Positions 38,034-51,534 of a stretch of DNA of 64,000 bases are shown here, one piece after another; the first letter of the stretch is position 1, and every line of letters starts with the position of its first letter. The notes under the pieces were generated by a model, which was given only the letters and a program-made list of their open reading frames with translations, ran no database searches and had not been told where the DNA came from. The translations under genes were made by a program, and so were the position numbers. The stretch spans positions 620,001 to 684,000 of the forward strand of contig JBPGPT010000003.1 of assembly GCA_051047955.1 (NCBI GenBank), read 5' to 3'. This DNA is from Cystobasidiomycetes sp. EMM_F5. Lineage: Eukaryota.

Positions 38034-39450
38034 ATGTCGCAACCCCGCAAGCTTGTTTGGCGTAAGATTGATGCCGTGACTGCACTCAATGCTGGGCTAA
38101 TTATGACCTTGGGTAGTGGACTGCGACGTCGGTCACGATGATGCTCTTGCAGTCCTCATAGCCCTGCATGATCCTACCCTGGAATTGATTGGGATATCAT
38201 CGGTCAGTCGGATACACGTACCCGACCAAAAATTGGCAGAAGCTCAGAGATCCCAGCTATTTTAGGTGCACGGAAATGCAGGCGTTGAGCACACTACGAT
38301 CAATGCTGCTCGCTGCCTCGAAGCTTTCGGAGCACCGAAACATATAAAGGTCTGGCCCGGCGCGTCAAAGCCGCTCATCGGCCTTCCCCACCCTGCCGTC
38401 GATATTCACGGCAACGATGGTCTGGGCGGAGTTGAAGGACTCCCTTCTGCATCGGATCCAGACGTTATCTCTCGGATCGTCAAGTCAGAAGATACCGATA
38501 ATCCCTGGACGTTTCCCGCCTTGAATGGGCTATATCAAGCGGCCACGAAAGCCGTTCAAAACAATACAAAGTTTCACCTTGCGGTGACAGGATCCTGTAC
38601 AAATGCAGCACTGTTCTTGCTCACATATCCCACACTCGCCCGTCGCGCCATTGAGCAGATAGTCTGTATGGGCGGTGGTGTCGGCATTGGCAATAGTGAG
38701 TATGCTTCTTCACGCTTCACACGACAGCTCATCTGATCTACATCTTCCGTAGTCACCGCAAGCGCTGGTACGTTAATACTCTGATCGCATCGCGGCATGC
38801 TCTACTAACGGTTACGGTATCGATGCTTTCAGAATTTAATATATACATAGACCCGGAGGCTTCACAAATTCTATTTGAATTTGGTCTTCCGCTGTACATA
38901 GTCCCTCTCAACGTCACGCACCAGATGCTGCTGCATGGCGATGCCCACCGACATTTACTTGATCCGACGTCCTCCTCAAGCGAACCTGGGTTGCCGTCCG
39001 CGGCTACACCTTTGCGACATACTCTCTCTACTCTTGTCACCTTCTTCGCACATACGTATGAAACCGTCTTTGGTTTCAAGCATGGACCGCCAATACACGA
39101 CGCACTGGTAGTCGCGTATATCGCAAGTCCCGGCGATTTCGGGTTTCAACTGTGTCGCGTTGATGCCGAATGCAGCGGACATCACTCTCGCGGTGCCACA
39201 GTGGTCGACCCGTACGACAGAGAGGGTGTGGTCAGGAATGTCCATGTAGCCCAGACTGTGGATGTGAGTGACAAAGACAGTCGAGAGGAAAATCCGAGGC
39301 TGAGCTGAAGCCTCTCACTAGGTCCCGGCTGTTCTGCGCGAGCTCTTCGCAGCAATCGCCAAGGCTGATGCCGCTAGTCCATTGAATTTGAGCGTTACTA
39401 TTCCAGCTTATACGGAGCCACCGGCCGCTGCAATTCGGGCCGTTGTATGA
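38034..39450 (+). CDS. URH1: Inosine/uridine-preferring nucleoside hydrolase
   Basis: MSQPRKLVWLDCDVGHDDA (DxDxGxDD), VHGN, IHGNDGLGG, MGGG..GNITASAEFNIYIDPEA (uses 15-nt micro-exon 38753-38767), PLNVTH and PPIHDALVV. Confidence 0.92.
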
Positions 39451-40268
39451 TTAACAGAACAGAATGCAGATAGAATGCATTATAGCATCATAGTCGCACG
39501 CCTTGGTGAAGTAGCCTTCAAAATCGAGAAGTTGGAGAAGCATTGCAGTCGATCACCTATGTACATGGTATCCCCGGTGACTTTGGGACACACTGTAACG
39601 TCTGTCAACCCGTACTGTAGCAATGCAATGATTTCAGCGGCCTCATGGGATCTTTGACTGCCTGCCGCTGTCGGTACAGTATCGCTGACGCTTCATGCAC
39701 ACCTTCGGGGAGATGCAAGGGTCACGAATTCTCAAACCGCTGTTGCGAAATTCCAGAAGCGTTAGCGGCTGGATCGCTTCGGCCATCGACTGCAGCTTGG
39801 ACAACAGTGTTTGCCCTTTCTTCCGCTTGAGCCGGCTGACGCGCTCACCCCACTCGCTGATACAGCTGTACGCTATTGGCTGACAATCTACCATACGTTT
39901 CTCGCACATTGCCAGCAACTCAGCCCAGTGTCGTGCTCTCTGCATTTGGATCGCTTGTTTGCCCAAGCACGGAGTTCAGCCGCCGAGATCCACCCACAAG
40001 ACCCACAAAGAGCGCGTGAACTCCGTAATTGGCACAAACGACGGTACAAACATCGCTGCACATTCCAATGTCCGTCCTGCCTCCAACCCCCCTCTTGTTC
40101 TAAGGTCAACTGTTCAACCGCTTCCTATTCTCATTGATGGGGTAACAAGGCCTTTCATACAGTACCTAACGTCAACGCCCTTGTGACTAGTAAACGCGAA
40201 CGACACCCACTACTCATACTGCAGAGGTATAGCGTACATCTTCTTGTATCTTCGCGAAGACAACAGCG

Positions 40269-42429
40269 ATGGCATCGGTCTCGATCCCGGTAAGCAATAT
40301 CCAGCGGACCTGCTGCAGATCCAGTTCTGACAAAAAGATCATTAGGGTACAATTTTGGCAACCAACCTCGATGCAATATCTCTTACGCCAGTCTTGAGCG
40401 CGCCTTCTGCAAATTCGAATGCCCTCGGCGGGAGCTCCACTTCGGACTCGCTACTGAGACCCTTCAAACCCAGTATGTTAAATGCTTGCTGACTTGACGC
40501 TTGAATCTAAATTACAATTTACCTCTAGATACTCATCACCCTACTGACGAGCAGCCTCATGCGTCTGAGGGGAATGATCTGACAAGGAGTGTGCAGTCCA
40601 TTCTTTCAGCGGCCTCTGCACCGGAACCATCAGTCCTGCTCGATGCCGATGCTGCCCTTCATGCATCGTCATCTTCTCATCGCCATCATCCGTATGGCGG
40701 CGTTGCAACCTCGCTACCGAGCCGTATTCTTGAAGAAGTTGTCGACGATTCTTCAGTGAAGATCGGGCCAGTGCGATCTCGCCGTGGTCAGCATATGGCT
40801 CAGCTGTCCTTGGCGTCCAATTCTACCTACGCTTCCCTTAATCCGATATCAGACAGTGATGACGAGTCTGACGGCAGAGAAGAGCGACAAGAGGGTGACG
40901 AGAACAAGAACCCAGATGGCTCCGACACGAATATGCGCACAGTCAAAGTTGAGGGGCATGCCTTCAAGATTCCTCTCGAGTCACCGACGGTCGCACCGCA
41001 GCTGCAAGCGAACGTCCGGCTGACATCGACAGGCAAGCCTTCTCATGCGCGCAAAGTACCGGATGACCATATTAAGGTGAGTAATTGAAAACGCGTTATT
41101 TCATAGGTCATTCAAGTGACAGCCATGGTAGCGGCCTCGCAATGCCTTCATTCTTTTCAGAAGTTACGCTTGCACTGCCAATCTACTGCCGCCATCCTTG
41201 GGCATCACCGATCACCGGCAAGTCAGTAGGATTGTAGGTCAGCTATGGCGTGGCCTTAAGCCAGAAGAGAAGCAAATATGGGAAAGAAAAGCCCAAGAAG
41301 AGAAGGAAGCCCATAAGCTGTAGGTCACGCGCTGCTGAGATCGCATAGTGTGGTTCTAAGGTCAATATGGAACAGGAAAAATCCAAACTATCGTTATCGG
41401 CCACAGTACCGTCGGGATGATGGTGTGCGAAGACGGCGCGTTAAAGAGGATGATGTCAAGGAGATTGAGGAGGAAGAGCGCAAATGCGAAGTCGTGGCCC
41501 GAGTTCTGCTTGAAGGTCGCGATGTGACCAACGAAGAGCTAGACCAGGAGGTAGCATCACAGCGGCAGAAGGACCAGGACGAGGGACGACAACGTGGACA
41601 ACGGAGCCGTTCAAGATCAAGATCGCGGTCGATCAATAGTAGCGGACAATCTGGCAATCAATTTCGTCATGCCTCGGCGCCATCTGGCGACAATGTCAAC
41701 GGTGATTCAGGAGCTGTGGATTACGATCTCACGTTGCTACAACCCCTGCTCAACGCACAATATGGTAGATCTGGACGACGCTCGCAGACTATGCCATCTT
41801 CTGGCCAAACCGATTTTAGCTTGCCCATCACTTTTCCCAACTACACCCACCACAATGTGGACGCTACTGGTATCAACGCTCCTTTCGCTGGCTTTGTAGG
41901 TTTCGGATCGCGGTTCGGGAGCGTCAGTTCGTCCAACAGCATGGCCGCACCACTTCCCTCGCCGCGCACCATTGCAAACATGCAGCATTTGGTCGACGCA
42001 ATGGACAGCCAGGGCACAACGAGTGTCAATGCAACAAACTCTGCGCTAACCTATCAGCCTGGGTTCAAGTCAGCTATCGATGACAATGTGACTCTATTAT
42101 CTCCTTCCTTCTCGCGCAAATTCAGCTTAGGGCGATGGGAGGTACCCGGTGTTCCCCACGCACATAACGCCTTTGCGCAGAATGCTGCGTCACAAACGCT
42201 GGCGCCTGCACCGCAGATTCCGGGTCACAACTATGACGCCTACGGTTCATCGACGCAGAGTATGCAGTACCAATCTTACGATGCGCAAAACATTCCAGTC
42301 CAACCTTACAGTAATGCCAATGGCGCAGAGGCTCCAACGTACGTTTATCTGAGTAAAGCCGATGCGCAGAACCCGCAGATCGTGGAGCATTATCTATCGC
42401 AAGGCTTCGGAGTATCGTTCGATGTCTGA
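40269..42429 (+). CDS. Sequence-specific HMG-box transcription factor (SOX/MATA/Rox1-like)
   Basis: Spliced HMG box HIKRPRNAFILFRS...DHRQVSRIVGQLWRGLKPEEKQIWERKAQEEKEAHKLKNPNYRYRP. Upstream exons from ATG 40269 are phase-consistent. Confidence 0.9.
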
Positions 42430-42558
42430 AACGCTGTGCTGGGCCAGCGTGACTAGTCATCTCAGCGGTTCGACCTTTTCAGATTAGTCCACTTGATTGA
42501 TAATGCTGTTGTTGTTACAGCAATACGAATACGGCTTGCACCCAGTCAGGCCTATGAG

Positions 42559-44016
42559 CTAAACAATAACGCCTTCGGCCACATCTGGTGGATCCCACAT
42601 GAATCGCACAGTCACATCGTCTCTGCCTAAAAGATCGCGCTGACCATCGGCAGCAATAGTCTCCGGAAGGCCTGCTGTCATCTCTGAAGCACTGGCGTCT
42701 GTCTGCCGGCTAATTGTGCGTTGCCTTCGCGAAGGTTGTTCTACTGCATCGGCGGTGTCATCCGGTCGCGCTCGCTTTGCTGCTTGAGACCGTAATTGAA
42801 TCTTGATCTGAATAAGATCCGCGTTCAGAAGTGCGCTTTGCTCCACGCTGCTGGCTGATTGCAAGCCAGGCTCTCGAGGCGATTGAAACGGTAGAATGGT
42901 CTCCGATGGTGATGTTTTCGCAGAAGATGGGCCGGCTGACCCAAGCGATAGCAGTAGGTCTAGTATTCCATGGCATACGTCTGTTGGACTTTGTCAGCCA
43001 GCTAACATTGTTGCGTACTCCCGCCTGGTCACACCTTCAATGTCCAATATATCGCACTGCACGGCGCCTTCCCAGCCTTCTTGAAAGATCGGTGCCCCCT
43101 CGCTTGACTCATCGGAAGTGAGAATGGTTGTCAGGTACAGACATGCGACGGCAATAGTGTGGGGCGGGTAGGACAAGGGAAGAACAGTCCTATGTGCATC
43201 AACAGCCATCCGGAAGGCTCTCTTGACAAAGTCCTTGCTCCCTCCTAGCGCACGACCTATTTTGATCACGTATGCGAAAACATCTTGATTTTGGCTTGCA
43301 GATGAAGTCGAGTGTCGAGTAGGATATGCCGCATTAGACCGGAGATTGAAGTTGAAGGAGATTGTTTCAAGAATGAGGCGCTCAATGCCGATGAGTTGTG
43401 GTCTTTCTGCTTCCAGAGCGTGCTGATCCGGTTCAGTCAGAGCGTGCACTCCATCCTGAGCCGACTTGACTTGATAGGCAGCGATTTGAATCTCTCGTAA
43501 TTTCTTCAGCGTATCTTCCAATTTGCAAGAAACTAATAGCACTGCGATGGCTACATCCTGCGTGGTTGCAGAGCTGCAGTCAGCATGTCTGGACTAGGAG
43601 AACAGCGGTTGCGATTCAAACTTGCTTGGACGGCGAAGTCCTTGACAGGAAAGAAGAGATGGAAGCGGTGGTAGAGGAGCTGTGCTGTAGCGGTTGTTCG
43701 CCTTGGACTAGAGTATGCATTAAACCCTCAGCTTGAGTAGACCGGACCTTCTGGTACAGCATGACTTACAAACCTAACCGCCCGCCAATCTTATCAATGA
43801 GCCCGCAAGCCTGCTGCCTGATAGCTTCCACCCTAGCGGGCGGTAGTTTGCCAGCGTGTTGCTGGATCAGGTAAGCTACCTCGTCCGGTGCGAAGCTGGA
43901 TGAAGGGATATATTGTCAATATTTTGTTGGACTTTGGCCTAGTAAGCGTTAGAGGCTGACTAGGGACGATATCTTCGTTCCGCAAAGCTTGACGATTCTG
44001 CAGCATCAGTGGTCAT
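42559..44016 (-). CDS. Transcriptional cyclin (Ctk2/cyclin K-like)
   Basis: RQQACGLIDKIGGRLGFPRRTTATAQLLYHRFHLFFP, LLVSCKLEDTLKKLREI, IERLILETISFNF and DAHRT.LPLSYPPHTIAVACLYL. Confidence 0.88.
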
Positions 44017-44101
44017 AATGTCGGTGTTTGTCGAAGTTGACATTGCTGCTCTTGCTCTTTTGACGACTGGCAGCACGCCTGGCTTCTGATCAGTCTGGCG
44101 G

Positions 44102-45103
44102 ATGGCACAGCGCCGCGTCAAGGCAAATCGACAAATCTAAGCTCATGCTGCTAAAAGCTGATAGCTATCCTGCCTTTCTTCGTGCAGGGCGTCGCCGTTC
44201 ATCGTCCAATCGTCTATGGCAACACTTCGGTCTTTCAGCTGCCTAGCGAGCGCACCAATCCCGACCATACACATCGATGGACGGTAGCTGTCAGGTCGGC
44301 AGCCAGTCCGCCGGCTGGGAAACGCGGAGATGTTCAGCAGATTGGCGGTCTCGACGATATTGGACATTTCATAAAGAAGGTGTCGTTCAAGCTGCACGAA
44401 ACCATCCCGAACTCGCTGCGAAGTAAGTTCTTCTCTGCTAAACCTCAAGAACGATGGCATCTATCGAAATTGACGACAGTTTGTTCGGGATTGACTATCT
44501 TTTTGTAACTCCAATCAGCTATCGAAAAGCCGCCTTTTGAAGTAACAGAGACGGGATGGGGAGAATTTGAAATCCAAATCAAAATCTACTTTATCCCAGA
44601 AGCCAACGAGAAATCACCTCTGACAGTTAATCACCTGTTGAAGCTGCATCCGTGGGCGGTCAAGGATGGCATTGTCGTTCCGGCTCTGGAGCCCGTACAA
44701 GGTTCTGCTGGTGTCGACAACATACCCGTGCACTCCTGGCAGTACGATGAGATTGTTTTTAGCGAGCCGACAGAGCCGCTGTACAACATACTCATTCAAC
44801 ATACGCCAACTCCGTTGTAGGTTCCAGCCTGGTTACCTGACTTGGTATTTCGGCGCTGCTTACACTTCACTCGTACACAGATCGAAAGCCTCTCGGCCTT
44901 CGCACAGCTTTACATCGATGCCCATCACGTCGCATAACGGCGGCGCCTATGGGGAATTGAGCGCGGATACTGAAACCAAAGAAGGAGAGCGCATCGATGA
45001 GGCAAAGTCGGGCATAGTAAAAGAGCTCGAGCAGTGGCGTGAGAAGCTCATTGCGTATGAAGCGGAGATAAAGGGGCTCAAGCGAGACATCGAGGGAGCC
45101 TAG
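44102..45103 (+). CDS. YAF9: YEATS domain protein Yaf9 (NuA4/SWR1)
   Basis: [66 protein letters not shown] and [12 protein letters not shown]-terminal coiled coil. Confidence 0.95.
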
Positions 45104-45274
45104 TTACGACAGGTCTATTCTGTTCAGTCTCAGTTTGTTGTTGTACAGACTGCCAGGAAGTCATAAGCTTTGACATTAGTTGCAAAATGCTGCGCTTGAG
45201 TCGAAGACGCGGCTTCATCGAATGATGCTTATTGCTTGTTTCCCTTCTATTCATTCGGCATCCGGGCTGTGACC

Positions 45275-45770
45275 ATGGCTTCCATTGCCAGCGGCGTATT
45301 CTCGCCCTTCAGGAATACTTACAGATACATGGTACGTCTGCTGCCTAAGTCTGCGCCGTTGATGTTCCCCTTTCTGAACAGCTTTCCCACAGCAACGGCA
45401 TGCCCACGAGAACCCGGTCATCTTCTTCTCCTGCGTGGTTGGTGCAGTAGGTGAGTAGTCGTTGGATGTAGTCGTGTTACAGCGCTGGCTGATACATGGC
45501 TCCATTCTGTCCGCCCATGCCTTATCCGGTGCGTTCGCTTTCCTGTGAAACCCCCGCGAAATCGACGCTGCAGGCCCCGTAGCGGTTCTGGTTGTCCCAC
45601 CGGTTCGCAAATACTTTGGATATAAGCAAATACCCCGCCCGCCCACCACCTACCCTAGTACGTGCAGACTGGCTTCTACCGCCGGACTTTGCGACTGAAT
45701 GAACATGCTATCGCTAGTGCCCAGGCGGAAGCGAGATGGCAACCTGAAAGGCTACGACGATGAAGAGTAG
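45275..45770 (+). CDS. NADH:ubiquinone oxidoreductase 9.5 kDa subunit (NI9M/NDUFA3-like)
   Basis: Four exons give MASIASGVFSPFRNTYRYMQRHAHENPVIFFSCVVGAVGPVAVLVVPPVRKYFGY..IPRPPTTYP.PRRKR...GYDDEE. Confidence 0.9.
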
Positions 45771-46143
45771 ACAGCTGAATGTGTCGGAGGATCGCCTTTG
45801 GTCGGACGAGCGTAGCCAGCGATTATACGCAAGTGCCAGCTTGATCTAAGAAGCTGGGAAATCTAGTCCTACTGGCTCGTGTAGCATCTACATCATAACG
45901 TAGCCTGCTATCGGACGCAATGGTAGAACCTGGCACACATGCGCGAAAGCGCCTACATAGCTGACGCGCTAACCTGTAATGCTTCGGCTGTGCTTCTTGC
46001 TTGCATAGCACTACTGTCAGCGCTGTACAAACAGTGGACAGCCGCGCGTGCGAGCAAGGGATGGAGCCTCTCTCTTCTTTGTGCTATTCTTTCGATACAC
46101 TTCGATTTTACGCCCATTTGGCACGATTCTACAGGACCTTGCA

Positions 46144-48547
46144 ATGCCGTGGTTGGACTCCTTGAAAGCCCTCTTTGGTCGCAACAGAGGGAATGCGGAA
46201 CACAAGTCGACATCAGCGGGTACGTCAGAATTCCAGCACAAAGCCTTGCGAGTATCGGGTGAAGCGATTGTGAACAGATCGACAGTCAGATAAAGTGGGC
46301 GATGCATTCAGACGAATGTTCAGTAATACTCCTTCACAATCGAGTAGCTCGACAGCAGCGCAGCATATCCACAAGCCAACAGCTGGAAGATTGAATTTTG
46401 GGATTTCGACGACCACATTCTTCATTTTCGTCTACGTATTGGTCATTGAAGGGTGGCTGATAAGCAATTCCGTGACGGCTTCGCAAGACCTTTCCGATAA
46501 GGCTGCACCGTCGTCAGCATCTGTCCGATCAAGTATACTTCCAATTCAGCCTACAGCATCAGCCGCACACGTGACAGATGTGTCTGTCATATGGTCGAAT
46601 GTCGAAGAACTAGATCCCGTTGTAAGCGCTCGCCATGCATCTTTCATGCTTGTGGTATTCGCTCAAACTCGGATGCCGCTCCGCAGGCGGCGGCCGATCA
46701 AAGCTTACCAACGCCCTCTCCGAAGACGCGGCTTAAGTCTAGCAGATCTATCAGCAAAAGCGCCCCGACGTTTCGTGAATTGCAGGTCAAGTGCCTGTAC
46801 ATCAAAGGTAGCAGAGTTCCAACAACGTGAGACCGTTTTATATCGTCTGCAAGTCAAATTTGAGGATTCTTTACGACAGTGGCGGAGGTCTTGCGGTCGG
46901 CATCACGGTTATGTACGATGTTTGGATCATTCTCTTTATTCTGGCGGTCATCCTTTACGAGCATAGGCGCCTGAGGTTCGACCGGTGTATGCATTCAGCA
47001 ACAGTTGTGTGAGTTAAGCATAAGGTGTGACAAGGAGAACGGGCTGAGAAGTAATCCGCTTGAAGAGGGATGCTGGAAATTTGGCTGTGAGCCTCACGTC
47101 CAGGCAAAAGACGAAGGTGTTGATGTTACATCCTTAACGGGCAGGGCTAGTTCAATTTTAACCAGAGGAGTCGAAATTCAACTTCAATTGGCAGCTGCCC
47201 TCCTGGTCCTCGCTGCTTTGCCAAACTTATGGTACGGCTTCCCGGAAACGTATCGTAACCGTAAGAGGCTTCTTGCATTGTTTTCATCGCGTACAGGCTG
47301 GCCAGGTGTGCAATCGGGACCCACATATCCATCAAAACCTCGATCCGCTGTGACGATTCAGCCTGTGCAGCCGTCGGATGGTACGGCTGTGCCTCCAGCG
47401 GCGGCAGCAGCCGCAGCACCCAGCTCGTCAACCGATCAAACCTCCGCCCCAGCTGCAGGAGCTGCGCCTGCTGCCGTGACAGTACAGCCCACTCGCCAAG
47501 AAGCTGAAATTGCGCTGCCAGAAGTGGATGTGCGTTATCCAGTTCCATTTGGATGATTGCGATTTGACAAAACCATCTGTGATGTAGCTCAAGCCGGCTG
47601 ATGAGGTGCCAGCATACGTCTACGACCGAAGTCTTCTGACTGGCCTAAGTAGGCTGAACTACGATATCGAGCGACACCCCCGTTCCGCTAAAGGCGTATA
47701 ATATCTGTTCTGCAGGTGATGAGGAGATCAAGAGGCGGTTTGGCGAGATTCCAGATGCAGGTACGTGAACATAGCGCGGACTGACCGACACTAAGACATG
47801 ACCACTCGCAATGCGAATCACATCCGCATCGACGCGACGCCTATCCTTGGAAAATGATGTACTGCATTTAACGATTCTGGTTGCCGAATCGATTTCATGT
47901 GTGCTGCAGTCAGGAAGGGTGAGCGGGAGGATGTGATTACAAGAAGAGCTGCCACTCGCGCTGATACTATACTGTGCCACTTCCTCACTCGCAGCCATCC
48001 CTGGAGGCGTTATGTCGTATACCAACCGCCCATTGACCATGCAAGAGATGATGTACAAAGTATGCCATTAATCCGGTCGCAACGAAAAAGGGCTGACCAA
48101 CTTCCCGCCGACTCCAGGCCATGTTCGACACTTCTGGCGGAGGTGCTGGCGACAGCGCTAGAGATGGGAAGGCTGCAGGAACTGGCGGGATGAATCTGGA
48201 TCGTATGATGATGGCAAGTCGTGTCTACATATTTTCTTGGACCCGGCTAATATAGCTCAATAGATGATGGTACCTCCGTGCTGTCTCCAATCCTGCAGAT
48301 CATCTTCTGATACATGTTCTTTGGACAGATGATGAATAACATGACTGGAGGCAATGTCTTTGGACAAGCTGCGCCGCAGCAACCTGGACGCACCATGAAC
48401 CCTTTCGGCCCTTTAAGTCAACAGAACCCGTATGCTTCTGGGGGCTATGGTCCCAACCCGTACGGCAGTGCGGTTGGCAGAGACACTGCTCTCTCCCGTC
48501 TCCTGCAACGGGAAGCCGCTAAAGAAGCGGGCTACACAGGATTCTGA
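46144..48547 (+). CDS. Orphan ~4-TM membrane protein with Gly/Met-rich tail, tandem copy 1
   Basis: Multi-exon. MPWLDSLK..., HKPTAGRLNFG-TM1, CLY..GS, TM2-YEHRRLRFDR, GMLEIWLAS..RGVEIQLQLAAALL..PNLWYG, PAYVYD, EEIKRRFGEIP-VRK-AIPGG, LTMQEMMYK and DTALSRLLQREAAK. Confidence 0.8.
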
Positions 48548-49032
48548 AACATCGTGTGCGGCCTGCTATAGTACTCAGCGCGAGCCGATGGCGGTGCAAT
48601 CCGCATCAGATTACGCTCGCCTGAAAAGGCGATGGTGTTCGAAACGAAGGTATACAACACCGTTACCGGTCACAGCTCTATGCGAAGTATGATTAGTGAT
48701 ACTGAGCTCCGTCAACCTGATATTTGCGATTGACTGTGCCGCGCTATTTTGACTTACTTACTGAGTCTTGTCTAGGATTTTACATTGTCGTTATGCTTAC
48801 CTCACGCGTGCTAGGGCATACACAACTTCATTTGTAGTCGCGATGAAGGATGTCTACTGAAAGGGAAGACGCGTCAAGGCAGTGCTAATGCAGACAAGAC
48901 CGTCACAATGTATGACAAAGACAGTAATCGCAGTAGTCGCAGTAGTCTGAACAAGCAGGATCGAGGCGGCTTGTCTCCTACAGTATCGGTACCTTTTCTT
49001 ACATTCTAATAACACAAGTCTTGACCTCAGCG

Positions 49033-51534
49033 ATGGCGAACAACCCTGCCACGAGTGTCCCTGGTCCCGAAAATCCCTCCACTGCGTCATCAGCACAACC
49101 TAGTAGGTCGGATGCCAGTATTTGGAAGGTGTGTCAGCACTAAGTAATTTCCCCTTGCCTGCCTTCTGTGTCAGGTCATTCGGCTTCAAGCCTACTGACA
49201 CGATTCTTCAGCAATTCAAAAGCCCAACAGACCGCTGTAACCAATGCACACAAGCCAACCCCTGGAACTGTCAACTTCGGCATTACAACGGGCACATTCC
49301 TGATCCTAGTTTATGTACTAGCAATCGAGTTTTGGCTGATTGTGCATTCTGCCCAAAGTTTCAGCGGCAAAATCGAGATGCGAAGCCAGTCGTCTCAAGA
49401 CGCACGAATCGGTGGTTCGCTGTCAAATTCAACACAGACGCTGTATAATTCTTCGACATCGCGAACAGCGACGCAGCCAGTGACCAGTGGGGAGACGACC
49501 GAAGTGGTCTTCTATGCTATGCACGAACCTACGAGCGACCTCCGTCTCAGGAAGGCACCGCGTCAGAAGAGGATGGACACACAGCCGAGACAAGACCCTG
49601 AGTCGCGCCTCAAGCATAGGTCGCTCAGCAAGCCAAATTCAGCGTTTCAAGCAAAGAATCCAATGTGCCTTTATCACGAGGGGTCACAGCTTCCAAATGC
49701 GTCAGTCTGGCAACAGACACTCGCTGCTATGACTGACGAGCTTCGGCAGTGGTGGATCAACAGCTCTTGCAGTATGCATTCTGTACGATGTCTGGATAGT
49801 GATCTTCGTCTTGGCAGTCCTTGCGTATGAACACAAGCGATTAAGGTTCGACCGGAGAACGCACTCGGCATCAGTTCTGTGAGCATCTGACAGAGACATA
49901 ACATCGACTTGCGTCTGACTGAGCCTTTACTGCCATGTTGGTCAGGGGTTTAATGGAGTTTTGGCTGTAAGATCGATGCTCGGAGCCGCAGAGCAATGCT
50001 GATAGCATGACCTCACAGTGCGAGCGACATTCTTGTCAGAGGCGTTGAGGTGCAACTGCAATTAGCTGCAGCCTTACTCATCTTAGCAGCGTTTCCGAAT
50101 TTGTGGTACGGCCTGCCTGAAACATATCGACAGCGCGAAAAGCTTTTCGCGCTTTTGCTGGCTCGAGCAGATTGGGCAACGGGCAGACCCGGCGCTACAG
50201 GCTCGGGAACACCTGGCCCTTCTGGCCCAGGAGCACTGGCTGGACCGCTAGGTGGGGCTGGGGTTGGCGCTACCGCTACCGCTGCCGCTACCGGTACTGC
50301 GCCAGGCGGTTCCACAGGCGCCGCTGCATCAGCGCCTGGCGGAGCACCTGGTGCACCCGCGGGTGGACTGTCTGGTCCACCGCCTGTAGCTCCCGTAGCT
50401 CCGCCAATCGTTCTGCCGGAGAAAGATGTGGGTGTAGTCTTGCTGAGGTTGCATATCGTACAAGCTCAATTTCACTATCCTAAAGCTTGTCGCCGCTGAC
50501 GACTTACCTGCATGGGTATTCGATAGTTCGGTAGGGGATGGGTTGAGTGAGTTCACGCGCCTTTGCTGCCGATCTGAGCTGAATCAAGTGTTATGGTCAG
50601 GCGGTGAAGAGATTAAAGCGCGCTTTGGCGAAATCCCGGAACATGGTCTGTTCACTCATACGTCTGCTGCCGTCTGTTGTGCTTTTGCTAATCTACCGAT
50701 TCTTGTACTTATTTTCGCTGCATCAACAAAATACGTGGCCGTCTCGCACGCTTCCCTCCCATCAACCACTGTCGCTCACTTCGTTCCACGATACTGCGTA
50801 TGGTACATACCGTCGGCGTTCCGCTCTCAACCGTATTGGATTGCTTTGTGCAAATCTGCTTTGCTAATGCAGTAAGAAAGGGTAAATGCCTCGTCTATGC
50901 TACAAAGTTCTCAAGCTAATTTCCCTCTTCCCCTTTTCTCCCTGTAGCCATTCCAGGTGGCTTGCCCGATCCGCGTCATCGACAATTGACTATGCAAGAG
51001 ATGATGTGGAAAACTCTGTTCGACCAGCAACAAGGCACAGGTTCCGGAGGCAGTGGGACAGCCAGCGCAGGGGGATCGGGCGGTGGAATGATGGATCGTA
51101 TGATGGTGGTGAGCATCTCGTCAGCCAAGCGCAGATTTTCGTCAGCTGTCGCCAGCCGTTTTCATTTCACGTACTTTCCGTCAGCTGAATGTCCTTTCCC
51201 GTCCTGCAGATGATAATGATGAACATGATGGGCGGAATGAGTGCGCCAGGTGGAACTGGGGGAATGATGCAGCCGCGGGAGCAACCGGTTGTGGCTTCGA
51301 CGAGCATGCAAACAGGCCTGCCTCTGCAAAACGCCTATGGTTTAGGCGGATACAGTCAAAACCCGGTCAGTGCATATATGCATGCAAGCGAGTACGACGT
51401 CGCTAACTGACAATCTTTCCCACGATCCTTACGGCCACGCACAGTACGGTAACGGGGCCACGGCTGGTGGAGACTCTGCTTTAGCGCGACTGATGCAGCG
51501 CGAAGCTGCCAGAAATGCAATGTTTCAGCAGTGA
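49033..51534 (+). CDS. Orphan ~4-TM membrane protein, tandem copy 2 (start approximate)
   Basis: Same motif order and mostly the same splice phases as copy 1. Ends DSALARLMQREAARNAMFQQ*. Confidence 0.8.

Noticed and set aside
40269..42429. HMG-box gene as a mating-type locus marker
   Set aside because: No homeodomain pair, STE3 receptor or CAAX pheromone precursor is seen in the window; an ordinary HMG transcription factor suffices.
46295..47012. Apparent frameshifts between homologous ORF pieces in the triplicated genes
   Set aside because: Fully explained by phase-consistent spliceosomal introns; no programmed frameshift or pseudogenisation is needed.
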